A program made the position numbers and the translations under genes. The notes below the pieces were generated by a model that ran no database searches, had not been told where the DNA came from, and saw nothing but the letters and a program-made list of their open reading frames with translations. A DNA stretch of 63,486 bases, filler included, from Octopus bimaculoides (Eukaryota): assembly GCF_001194135.2 (NCBI RefSeq). It is 7 parts of 7 records of this genome, joined end to end, with 100 filler letters (N's around TTAATTAATTAA, not from the genome) between each part and the next. Parts side by side here need not be neighbours in the genome. Positions count along the whole stretch, not along the records: positions 30,654 to 38,344 come from NC_069000.1; positions 38,445 to 49,287 come from NC_068981.1; 5 more parts are not named here. One strand, written 5' to 3'. Positions within the stretch are counted from its first letter, which is position 1. Each line of letters opens with the position of its first letter. Of this stretch, positions 35,027 through 46,669 are shown piece after piece.

Positions 35027-35713
35027 CAATTTCGCGTGCGAGACGCGAATTTTTTTCCCCACGAGAGTTCCGGACTCCAGTTATGAACTCGTTTGCATAC
35101 AGCCAATCAGAGCTCAACTATCAAACTAATGTCCACCAATTCACGAAAATACTCTGGTTGAGTTCAGTGGAAAATGTGTGTTATAGCAAAATGTAACTGT
35201 TCTAAATGGGTTAATAACAGTGACAAATGTGTAATTTAGTGTATAAAGTGAATGCGTAAATTACTAGAAAATATAAATGAGTGTAGTTTCTTAATTTTTT
35301 GACAGATTTTGTACATTCCTAATTTAAAATGTTGGTTTTGATCTGGAAACATCGTAATCAATGTGGCGTTGTGTCGTCTTGCGCCCTCCTTCCATATATC
35401 AATGGGTGCATGCATCATCGCTGATCTTAGTCTGAGCATAGGTACTTAATGATAGTTCCATGGAGATGGTGATCAATTGATCTATGAGGATGGTGTTGGG
35501 GAGGAGAATGTGGTGCTTACGTGAGACCTGCTATGCAGTACTCACAGAGTGGCATACACCATTTTATACCTGACTGGGCTGTACTGTAGTAGTCCACAGT
35601 ATATGGATTTTCAAGGTGAGCTCTGATTGGCTATATGCAAATGTGTTCATTACTGGGACCCGGAACTCTCGTGGGAAAAAAAAAATTCGCGTCCGGGACA
35701 AGGTGAGAAATTG
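35027..35713. mobile_element. Non-autonomous TIR element with about 75-bp arms
   Basis: 35042-35116 and 35617-35693 are inverted copies (GACGCGAATTTT...CCCACGAGAGTTCCGG...GCCAATCAGAGCTCA); superfamily and TSD unresolved. Confidence 0.8.
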
Positions 35714-35953
35714 ACACAAAAGGAATCACGTCATAATTAATCGGTTGATCATCAACAGACAAAAGACTGTTGATCATCCGATCAATTAAGATGTGAAGCA
35801 TTTCACCCGGTGTGTTAATGATTCTGCCAGCTCGCCGCTTCCCTATTATTAAATAATAAACATCAATACTATTAAGTAATACTGAAACCCTGCGTATTTC
35901 ATTAATATATAGGTTTAAACTGGGGAAGCTTGGATGTTAACATCACTTTTAAG

Positions 35954-36677
35954 AGGTAGCTTGCTTACCAACCACATGGTTCCGGGTTCAGTCTCTCTGC
36001 GTGGCACCTTGGGCAAGTGTCTTCTACTATAGCCTCGGGCCAACCAAAGCCTTGTGAGTGGATTTGGTAGACGGAAACTGAAAGAAGCCCATCGTATATA
36101 TGTATATATATATANNNNNNNNNNNNNNNNNNNNNNNNNNNNNNNNNNNNNNNNNNNNNNNNNNNNNNNNNNNNNNNNNNNNNNNNNNNNNNNNNNNNNN
36201 NNNNNNNNNNNNNNNNNNNNNNNNNNNNNNNNNNNNNNNNNNNNNNNNNNNNNNNNNNNNNNNNNNNNNNNNNNNNNNNNNNNNNNNNNNNNNNNNNNNN
36301 NNNNNNNNNNNNNNNNNNNNNNNNNNNNNNNNNNNNNNNNNNNNNNNNNNNNNNNNNNNNNNNNNNNNNNNNNNNNNNNNNNNNNNNNNNNNNNNNNNNN
36401 NNNNNNNNNNNNNNNNNNNNNNNNNNNNNNNNNNNNNNNNNNNNNNNNNNNNNNNNNNNNNNNNNNNNNNNNNNNNNNNNNNNNNNNNNNNNNNNNNNNN
36501 NNNNNNNNNNNNNNNNNNNNNNNNNNNNNNNNNNNNNNNNNNNNNNNNNNNNNNNNNNNNNATATATATATATATATGACATACTTCTTTCAGATCTTCA
36601 CATTTACATATATATATATATATGCGTACATATGTGCATATTCTTGTATGAATGTGTGTGTGTCTGTGTGTTTGTGT

Positions 36678-36708
<31 letters not shown>

Positions 36709-36758
36709 CATGGTATCCTGAGCCTTGTGAGTGGATTTGGCATACGGAGCTCCTCGTT

Positions 36759-36801
<43 letters not shown>

Positions 36802-37020
36802 CTTTGAGTCCATGTTTGTGCCCCCACCATCAGTTGACAATTGATGTTGGTTTGTTTATGTCACGTAACTTAGCGGTTCGCCCAAAGAACCCCGATAGTA
36901 TAAGTACTAGGTTTAAAGAGAATAAATCCTGGGGTCGGTTTCTTTGACTAAAGACCCTTTAATTTGGTGCTCCAGGATGGTCGCAGTTAAATAACTGAAA
37001 CAAGTAAAACAATAAAAGAA
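35954..37020 (+). mobile_element. SINE family B pieces (5' half 35954-36100; separate 3' half 36719-37020) around a gap
   Basis: CACCTTGGGCAAGTGTCTTCTACTATAGC; GTAACTTAGCGGTTCG...AAGTACTAGG...CCTGGGGTCG. Confidence 0.85.
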
Positions 37021-37052
37021 TACATACGTACATACATGCATACATACATACA

Positions 37053-37086
<34 letters not shown>

Positions 37087-37110
37087 CATACATACATACT
37101 TATACATCTA

Positions 37111-37244
37111 GATGGAGGCGTGGTTGTGTGGTAAGGTTGTGGGCAAATGTCTTCGGCTATATATTCTGGCCTTGTGTGTGGATTTGGTAGATGGAAACTG
37201 AAAGAAGCTCGTCACGCGCGCCCGTGTTTGTGTGTTTGTATGTG

Positions 37245-37323
<79 letters not shown>

Positions 37324-37490
37324 CCCCGTCACTGCTTGACAAACGGTGTGGGCGTGTTTTTAGTCCATGTAACGTAGCAGTACAGCAAAAAAGAAACCAA
37401 TACATAACAGGTTTTAAAAAAGTACTGGGCAAGATTCAGTCAAACTAATAAAGTTTTCAAGGCTGCTGTCTGGTGGCTGAAACAAATAAA
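37111..37490 (+). mobile_element. Decayed SINE family B with internal (GT)n
   Basis: GGATTTGGTAGATGGAAACTGAAAGAAGC, then (GT)n, then a diverged 3' half. Confidence 0.75.
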
Positions 37491-37689
37491 GTATATACAT
37501 ACATACACACACATACCAAGAAAGAGATTGTTTAGAACTTTAGGGTACGTTATGTCGATAGCGACCATTAGGTATTTTCTTCTGTTATTTCTTAAAGTAT
37601 TCAATCAAAAAAAGGTTTAGGAAAGTAAGTTAGTAATTTGAAGTAATACTACATATACATGTCCGTCTACACATGTCTGTCTATACATG

Positions 37690-37753
<64 letters not shown>

Positions 37754-37775
37754 CCTACCTACCTACCTATCTATC

Positions 37776-37838
<63 letters not shown>
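37690..37838. repeat. (CTAT)n/(CTAC)n tetranucleotide array; a similar array at about 57835-57920
   Basis: Direct reading. Confidence 0.95.
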
Positions 37839-37843
<5 letters not shown>

Positions 37844-38123
37844 CACACACGCCAGCTTGATTTAATTCGTCCTTAGTCGAAAGACATCTGTTATGTCCTG
37901 TTATTATTTTTATTTCTATTGTATTTGTGTAACATTGTTAGTTTTTCTTCCGTCCCTTTTTTTCTGTATACATTCGCTGTTTTCTTCCAAGGAATCTAAT
38001 GCTCATAGCTTAGTTTTTTTTTTTCCTTGGGGCTGGCCAGATTGAAGCAATATCGAGAATAACCAGCCGAAATTGCAAAGATCTCGACTGAGGAAAGAAA
38101 ACTCCGAATGACCCGTCTTTGTT

Positions 38124-38296
38124 TTCTTTGTATCGTCTGTCTGGATGTTTTGTTGTCCCTTTCTTGTATCACCTGTCTGGATGTTTTGTTGTCCCTTTCT
38201 TGTATCACCTGTCTGGATGTTTTGTTGTCGCTTTCTTGTATCGTCTGTCTGGATGTTTTGTTGTCCCTTTCTTGTATCACCTGTCTGGATGTTTTG
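38124..38296. repeat. 36-bp minisatellite, about 4.8 copies
   Basis: Unit TTCTTGTATC(AC/GT)CTGTCTGGATGTTTTGTTGTCCCT starting at 38161, 38197, 38233 and 38269. Confidence 0.95.
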
Positions 38297-38444
38297 CCTT
38301 CTTGTCCCAATCTGGTATTATATATATATATATATATATATATANNNNNNNNNNNNNNNNNNNNNNNNNNNNNNNNNNNNNNNNNNNNTTAATTAATTAA
38401 NNNNNNNNNNNNNNNNNNNNNNNNNNNNNNNNNNNNNNNNNNNN

Positions 38445-38502
<58 letters not shown>

Positions 38503-38507
<5 letters not shown>

Positions 38508-38638
38508 GACAGACTTCAATACAATTCTCGTCTACCAAATTCATTCAGAAGACATATGTTGGTCTGGAGTTATAATAGAAAAAATCACACCCAACGCAAA
38601 ACCCACGTAATCGCGAAGCAAACTTCGTAACCACACAG
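38503..38638 (-). mobile_element. Decayed SINE family B 5' half
   Basis: CGTCTACCAAATTC...GAAGCAAACTTCGTAACCACACAG. Confidence 0.6.
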
Positions 38639-39078
38639 AGAATGTGCAATCAACAATTGGAAACAAGCAGCAATTACTACTAAACGAGATTAAGTTTTCA
38701 ATAAAAATGACGATTTGAGAAGGAGTGATAGTCAGGAACGCCTGCTACATAAACAACAGGTAGTAAAGTGGGTGCTAAGATTAAGATACTTAATGTGATG
38801 AGTCAATGAATCATAATTAACTAACTCATACACCTGTAGAGAAGAAAAAATAGACCAGTAAATAAATCTAGTGAAAGAAAGCAGGTTCGGAATTTAAATT
38901 ATTGTACTTGCTGGCGTATAAGATAAATCACACCCCTATTTTATAAGGACAGTTTGTAGAAAAAACAAATTTAGTATGCTGCATCATACACTTATTGAAA
39001 GGTATTTTAAAATGGTTTTGTTGGGGTAGGAATGTATGATTGTGTGGAAGTAAATTCAATATTATGACAGTACACTGG

Positions 39079-39466
39079 TGTGTGTGTTGGCACTCCGTCG
39101 CTTATGACGTCGAGGGTTCCAGTTGATCCGATCAACGGAACAGCCTGCTCGTAATATTAACGTGCAAGTGGCTGAGCACTCCACAGACATGTGTACCCTT
39201 AACGTAGTTCTCGGGGATATTCAGCATGACACAGTTTGACAAGGCTGACCCTTTGAATTACAGGTACAACAGAAACAGGAAGTAAGACTGAGAGAAAGTT
39301 GTGGTGAAAGAGTACAGCAGGGTTCGCCACCATTCCCTGCCGGAGCTTCGTGGAGCTTTAGGTGTTTTCGCTCAATAAACACTCACAACGCCCTGTCTGG
39401 GAATCGAAACCGTGATCCTATGACCGCGAGTCCACTGCCCTAACCACTGGGCCATTGCGCCTCCAC
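39079..39466 (-). mobile_element. Full-length SINE family A
   Basis: 12-bp TSD ACAGTACACTGG at 39067-39078 and 39468-39479; (AC)n tail. Confidence 0.95.
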
Positions 39467-41491
39467 AACAGTACACTGGAATAAAGTATGAAACAAGAAA
39501 TTTTTCAGAAATAAATTATTTTATGGCAGTACGGTAGTATCTCAACTTTATCTTTCAGTTCAACTGAATAATTGTTTATATTTCGGTCAAGTGGATTACT
39601 ATACATTATGTAAAACTCGTCAACTCATATTTCTGGTTCCTATGTTTTATGTAACCGCAATCAGCCACCAGAATGGAACATCACTGCTATGGTTTTGTTG
39701 TCATCTACTCACTGCAAATGGCTGACAAGTGGATGAAAGTTTGTTAATATTCTTTTCCTTTCTCTAAGTGAATTCTTTGTTTAGACACGATTCATTAAAG
39801 TGCATAAGACACATATTAGGTGTAGGTATTTTTAGTAATAATTACTGTACTTAAAGGACTAATGCAGGTCCCTAGCTTACAACATTCGGTCTCCCGTCCG
39901 TCATACAACCGTATAACACGCAGGCTAAGATTTTGATATATTAAAAGATAAAATACGGTAATGAAAAATACAATGCAGTAGCCAGTGAGTTTAATTTTTT
40001 TTTATAAGCCATTCAGCGTTCATTGACATATTTATATTTTTTCCGTCATTCGACTATGCATCGCTAGTGAGATCCAATAAAACTGAAATATACCTCGGGA
40101 GTTGTCATTTTATTAACCAAATTACTAAAGATAAGACTCCTTCCCTACTCTATTCTATATTTATCTAACTCCAGTGTTATCGCATCTACTTTCCTTAATC
40201 TGAATTAATCAGCTTGTCTTAATTATGCGTTCTCCTTACCGTGAGTATAATTTTAAATTTAATTTTAATTAGTTAAAATTTCTTACTCTCCATTTCGGTC
40301 TCCGTCGATCAGTACTGACCATGATTCTATACATGCATATGCATATGTAAAATTTTTTGGGAAGCAGACTGAAAGTTGTTCATGGATGCATGTCTCGCAG
40401 TTCCATGCCACGTGAATAGGCTGCCAACTTGGACTGATACAGCTTAGTACCAGTGTCATCACAGGCGTTGTAGCGGGAACAGAAACCGATACAGTAAGGC
40501 ATCTCGCCTGATCCTTTAATAATCTCGCCAATCCACTGTCCTCATTTGATATTTTTTCATTGTCCAAAAGGATGAAAAACAGATAATCTTGACGGGATTT
40601 GAACTCAGATCATAGAGAGTCGGAACCAATTCCTCGAGTAATTTTATCCAACATTCTAACGACTCAGTCAATTCCCTATCTAATTAAGAATCTACATTAA
40701 TAATTTTAGCGCTTGTTTTCTTATGAGTTTTCAGTAAACCGATCATATGACTCGCCTTTGATCTCGGAACTATTTCATCTCATTTATCTTGATGATAATC
40801 ATTGAAAAGCTTTTGACATCACCATGCGCATCACATTCTCTTTAGAAGAATATACTAAGCTTCGATAGGATATATTTTAAATGCTTCTTTATTCGATTTG
40901 ACTGACTAAACATTTAAAGTATACCTGTTACCAAAGGCATTATGAAATCGTAACAAGTGCATACGCTGATAGATTGATATATGGCATAATTATCATCATA
41001 CGAAGTTCCCACTGACATTCCCACTACAGGAAAGATTCATCTGCATAAAGAAAAGTCGAAGTATTATAGTGAACAAGGAATAAGTATGAGAAGTGGCAGA
41101 GTGATTTTACTGGCATGATGATGTGAAATAATAATCAGCTTAGTGAGATGATGCATCTCGGTATATTTTACCGTTGGATGAAATATTGCTCAACCGGGTT
41201 AATATCAACATAAATTAAGGTATATCTATCATCTGGTGGTGAAGAAATGAATCTGAAGCTTGCACGAAATATATTGATTTCTTTTCACACTAGACACTGC
41301 CAATTTATGCAGAGAATGAACATGGAAGTGTATAGGTGATTGAATCCAGCCTTGTGGTATTTATATTATCAAACGTGTCGTGCTGAAAGGCAAAGTTAAC
41401 CCCGGTGGGATATAAACTCATATGGAAGAAACATGCAATTTCACTCTACCAAATCTGTCACATCATTCTCATTACTGTAATAAATAAATGA

Positions 41492-41712
41492 AAGGCGGCG
41501 AGCTGGCAGAAACGTTAGCAACCGGGCGAAATGCTCAACGACATTTCGTCTGTCCTTACGTTCTGAGTTCAAATTCCGCCGCAGTCGACTTTGCCTTTCA
41601 CCTTTTCGGAGTCGATAAAATAAGTACCAATTACGCACTGGGGTCGATGTAATCGATTAATCCCCTCCACCGAAATTTCTGGCCTTTTGCTTATATTAGA
41701 AAGGATTATTAT
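41492..41712 (+). mobile_element. Near full-length SINE family C
   Basis: Head, GAGTTCAAATTCC, central GTCGACTTTGCCTTTCA segment and TAGAAAGGATTATTATT tail. Confidence 0.92.
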
Positions 41713-42007
41713 TACTGGAGTTTGTAAGGCTTGTTCGTCTAACGACATGTGTCTACGTCATTCTCGTAAGTTTTTGACTTTATTTCGTTTGTTTTCTGTT
41801 AATTTTTTGGCACATTGTGTGTTCGCTCTTGAGCAGTCTAGAGGGATCTAACCAAAGACAATTTTTATCTGTCCTAAGGGGCGAATTTTCGAAAACACAC
41901 ACATGTATCTTTTATAATTTCTTCCACTGGTTTGAAGCCTTGTCATTTGGTAGACGGAAACTGAAAGAATCTCGTCGTATATAAATAATGTGCACGTGAA
42001 TGAGTGA

Positions 42008-42056
<49 letters not shown>

Positions 42057-42725
42057 NNNNNNNNNNNNNNNNNNNNNNNNNNNNNNNNNNNNNNNNNNNN
42101 NNNNNNNNNNNNNNNNNNNNNNNNNNNNNNNNNNNNNNNNNNNNNNNNNNNNNNNNNNNNNNNNNNNNNNNNNNNNNNNNNNNNNNNNNNNNNNNNNNNN
42201 NNNNNNNNNNNNNNNNNNNNNNNNNNNNNNNNNNNNNNNNNNNNNNNNNNNNNNNNNNNNNNNNNNNNNNNNNNNNNNNNNNNNNNNNNNNNNNNNNNNN
42301 NNNNNNNNNNNNNNNNNNNNNNNNNNNNNNNNNNNNNNNNNNNNNNNNNNNNNNNNNNNNNNNNNNNNNNNNNNNNNNNNNNNNNNNNNNNNNNNNNNNN
42401 NNNNNNNNNNNNNNNNNNNNNNNNNNNNNNNNNNNNNNNNNNNNNNNNNNNNNNNNNNNNNNNNNNNNNNNNNNNNNNNNNNNNNNNNNNNNNNNNNNNN
42501 NNNNNNNNNNNNNNNNNNNNNNNNNTATATATATATATATATATATATATATGCATGTATGTATGTATATATCATTATATTATATCATATATATATATAT
42601 TAATAATATCGAAGGGTAATAGAAATATTAGAAATTTCTACCACCAGTGACCCAGTGTGTAAAAATTTAGTCCATTGACTATGTATTATTCATATAAATA
42701 CAGCGTACATTTAAACACATAAGAC

Positions 42726-42833
42726 GTATCCATCAGAGGATTCCCTCACGCTACAAAGAACAACTAAGTTCCAAACCACAGTGGTTTAGAACTTAGCTGT
42801 TCTTCTAGCGTGAGGGAATCCTATGATGGATAC
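42726..42833. other. Isolated 108-nt near-perfect hairpin
   Basis: 54/53-nt arms, 1-nt loop (42780), three mismatches plus one bulge region. Confidence 0.85.
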
Positions 42834-43120
42834 TTCTTATGTGTTTAAATGTACACTGTATTTATATATGTATGTATGTATGTATGTATCATATATCATG
42901 TTCTGTATATATAAAGCTTACAGTACCCCGTCTTCTCTATCACTATTTAAAATGTAACGTGCACCAAGGAATTCTTTACGTAGATCCTGCGATGAAGTGC
43001 AGTACTACAGATGACGCTTGGTACCTGCAAGTGGTAGCCGTAAGGCGCACTACTAGGGACTAAGGTTTGGATACTACATTTTAAAGTCTCTTATCTAAAA
43101 CTTTAATTTTAAACATAACC

Positions 43121-43162
<42 letters not shown>

Positions 43163-43932
43163 NNNNNNNNNNNNNNNNNNNNNNNNNNNNNNNNNNNNNN
43201 NNNNNNNNNNNNNNNNNNNNNNNNNNNNNNNNNNNNNNNNNNNNNNNNNNNNNNNNNNNNNNNNNNNNNNNNNNNNNNNNNNNNNNNNNNNNNNNNNNNN
43301 NNNNNNNNNNNNNNNNNNNNNNNNNNNNNNNNNNNNNNNNNNNNNNNNNNNNNNNNNNNNNNNNNNNNNNNNNNNNNNNNNNNNNNNNNNNNNNNNNNNN
43401 NNNNNNNNNNNNNNNNNNNNNNNNNNNNNNNNNNNNNNNNNNNNNNNNNNNNNNNNNNNNNNNNNNNNNNNNNNNNNNNNNNNNNNNNNNNNNNNNNNNN
43501 NNNNNNNNNNNNNNNNNNNNNNNNNNNNNNNNNNNNNNNNNNNNNNNNNNNNNNNNNNNNNNNNNNNNNNNNNNNNNNNNNNNNNNNNNNNNNNNNNNNN
43601 NNNNNNNNNNNNNNNNNNNNNNNNNNNNNNNNNNNNNNNNNNNNNNNNNNNNNNNNNNNNNNNNNNNNNNNNNNNNNNNNNNNNNNNNNNNNNNNNNNNN
43701 NNNNNNNNNNNNNNNNNNNNNNNNNNNNNNNNNNNNNNNNNNNNNNNNNNNNNNNNNNNNNNNNNNNNNNNNNNNNNNNNNNNNNNNNNNNNNNNNNNNN
43801 NNNNNNNNNNNNNNNNNNNNNNNNNNNNNNNNNNNNNNNNNNNNNNNNNNNNNNNNNNNNNNNNNNNNNNNNNNNNNNNNNNNNNNNNNNNNNNNNNNNN
43901 NNNNNNNNNNNNNNNNNNNNNNNNNNNNNNNN

Positions 43933-43971
<39 letters not shown>

Positions 43972-44019
43972 TCATTTGGGTAAGCCTAATTAGATAGAAT
44001 TATTGTTTTACATATCTTC

Positions 44020-45250
44020 CACACATTCTGTTGTTTTGGTATTCTGTTTCATTTTATATTTTTGATACTTTGATTGGTAGGATTTGATCTTGTATAATTT
44101 GACTTCAGATCTGAGTTCTGCATTTTGCAACTAGTAACGTGTTTCCCTTCTTTATTCACTTCTGATGTGTTCAGTCTTTTTAGATATTGGCCATGTTAAA
44201 TCTGTTACTGTTGCTTTAGAATCGCATTCAGTAATGCTATTTCTAGTTAAAGCTTCAGTTATTATTGTTTGCTATTTAATAATTTCTGTTGTTCCTTTTT
44301 ATCAGTTTTCCTCACAACTGTCTGTTAACTGAGGCATAAGCTTTAGACTGGTTAGCTTCCTTGAAACAAACAAAAAAAAACCCCAACTAACTAAGAATAA
44401 AATGTTTTTTCTGTTTTGATCATTTTGTAGTTATTTACATTAATAACGCATTAATCTCTACTACATAATTTTGTAGTGTTACAGCATATATCTTATAATT
44501 ATTCCTCAATTGTGAAATATCCCATACCTCCCTATGAATAAAGCAAATATCTTTCTGTGTCAGATTTTGGGTAGTTTACTCTAAATGCAGTCATTACATT
44601 TATTGATTTCCTGTCTAGCTTCGTTATTTCAATTGCCATTCAATTGAGAATATTATAAATTCAGCTTTTAACTTGGACAGCTAAAATATTTAGACTTATT
44701 ACCTTATTTTGAATAATTTTTAAATATTAATGCTATACGTCAACAATATTTCTTGTTAACCTTTCTTTGGTTTGTGCCTATTCTATTCATTCTATTAATT
44801 CACAAGTATTTGTAAATATGCCTTTATTTTTATTCATGTATTTCGCTTTCTTCATTTAACCCGGCATTTTCTTAAATAATATTCTTAAATAATATTCTTC
44901 TCTTTATGATTTCCTCGACTCAGACCATTTCTATTCCACTTAGAATATCTAGTTATCGTTTTGTTGATCAATAACTGATCTTTATAATTATATTTACTCT
45001 TCGTGACAGCCCTTCTGTCTTTCAGGAAATGCATATTTTTCCTAGGTGAGCACTTACATATATTGTCGGAGTTTGTATAATGAGAGCATGCAGGTTAAGG
45101 GCGTTTAATGTTTATATTAATGACCTGTAGGGACACGGTATTTCTTTGTGCAACCATAATATACTACAAAGTATATTAAATCACTTGTTAAGGTTATCTC
45201 CACAGATTTTCAATACAAATTCTAGCCAGCACTGATTTTGTAGTATATTA
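44020..45250 (-). mobile_element. R4/Dong-like LINE reverse-transcriptase remnant
   Basis: PERQKGC, KDQLLINK, LDRKSINVMTAFRVNYPKSDTERY...GGMG and HGQYLKRL follow the R4/Dong RT motif order. Confidence 0.75.
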
Positions 45251-45305
45251 TGGTTGTGTAACGGAATACGGTGTCCCTACAAGTCATGGATATTTATGTA
45301 CCAGC

Positions 45306-45490
45306 AACGCGGTGAGCTGGTAGAAACGTTAGCGCGCCGGGCGAAATGCTTTGCGGTATTTCGTCTGTCTTTACGTTCTGAGTTAAATTCCGACGAGGTC
45401 GACTTTGCATTTCATCCTGGGGTCGATCTAATCGACTGACTCCTTCCCCAAACATTTCGGGCCTTGTGCCTAGAGTAGAAAAGAATATTT
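45306..45490 (+). mobile_element. SINE family C with internal deletion
   Basis: The two GGGGTCGAT motifs of the family are collapsed into one. Confidence 0.88.
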
Positions 45491-45669
45491 ACGTACCAGC
45501 TTCCAAAAATGAGTTTAATATGTAAAATACAATAACAAACACTGCTATAAGTAGTGTATATATATATATATATATATATGGGAGAATATACAAATAATAA
45601 CAACAGACGAGGACAGGTGGTGTAAATAACAAAAGTATATATTAGTATGACGCTCGGGAATACGGAAAG

Positions 45670-45706
45670 TCTTTGACGTTTCGAGCTTCGCTCTTCAACA
45701 GAAAGA
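45670..45706 (-). ncRNA. Minimal type I hammerhead motif (A6U variant)
   Basis: Minus: UCUUU-CUGUUGA-A-GAGC(GAA)GCUC-GAAA-CGU-C-AAAGA; 5-bp stem I, palindromic stem III, GUC triplet. Confidence 0.65.
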
Positions 45707-46617
45707 ATACGGAGACAAGGAGAAAAACACGGAGAAAAAAAATTGAATAGTGTTCAGTCAACGGTCAATCATAATAATGGCCGATCATAACAATGGCTGA
45801 CCGGAAGTTAGAAATTCTTATTTCAGGAGAGCTAAGAAAGGGGNNNNNNNNNNNNNNNNNNNNNNNNNNNNNNNNNNNNNNNNNNNNNNNNNNNNNNNNN
45901 NNNNNNNNNNNNNNNNNNNNNNNNNNNNNNNNNNNNNNNNNNNNNNNNNNNNNNNNNNNNNNNNNNNNNNNNNNNNNNNNNNNNNNNNNNNNNNNNNNNN
46001 NNNNNNNNNNNNNNNNNNNNNNNNNNNNNNNNNNNNNNNNNNNNNNNNNNNNNNNNNNNNNNNNNNNNNNNNNNNNNNNNNNNNNNNNNNNNNNNNNNNN
46101 NNNNNNNNNNNNNNNNNNNNNNNNNNNNNNNNNNNNNNNNNNNNNNNNNNNNNNNNNNNNNNNNNNNNNNNNNNNNNNNNNNNNNNNNNNNNNNNNNNNN
46201 NNNNNNNNNNNNNNNNNNNNNNNNNNNNNNNNNNNNNNNNNNNNNNNNNNNNNNNNNNNNNNNNNNNNNNNNNNNNNNNNNNNNNNNNNNNNNNNNNNNN
46301 NNNNNNNNNNNNNNNNNNNNNNNNNNNNNNNNNNNNNNNNNNNNNNNNNNNNNNNNNNNNNNNNNNNNNNNNNNNNNNNNNNNNNNNNNNNNGGAAGGTA
46401 GAGTAGGAGTGTGTTGGGGTGTGGTGGGATGAGCTTATGAGGGGGTGTTGACGAGGAGGGAGAAGGGGAAGGTGGATGTAAGAGAGGGGGAAGATGGGTA
46501 TGGGAGGGGAGAGGAAGAGAGGAGAGAGGGTGGGTATAAGAGAGGGAAGGTGGATTGAGAGAGTCACGTATGTAGTGACTGTTTATACCATGATTTTGTG
46601 GATGATTAATGGGTTGG

Positions 46618-46669
46618 ATGGGTACTGATGAAGGAGCAAAAACTCCCGAAATATGGCATATACACCCAT
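46618..46669 (+). ncRNA. Type I hammerhead motif
   Basis: AUGGGUA-CUGAUGA-A-GGAG(CAAAAA)CUCC-C-GAAA-UAUGGCAUAU-A-CACCCAU; canonical core, near-palindromic stem III, AUGGGU/ACCCAU stem I. Confidence 0.6.

Noticed and set aside
38124-38296. Regular repeats as a CRISPR array or repeat-protein CDS
   Set aside because: No unique spacers, eukaryotic context; a 36-bp unit is open in several frames by construction.
40283-40567. 94-aa minus ORF MDNEKISNED...
   Set aside because: No recognisable motif or splice context, and it starts in a decayed SINE.
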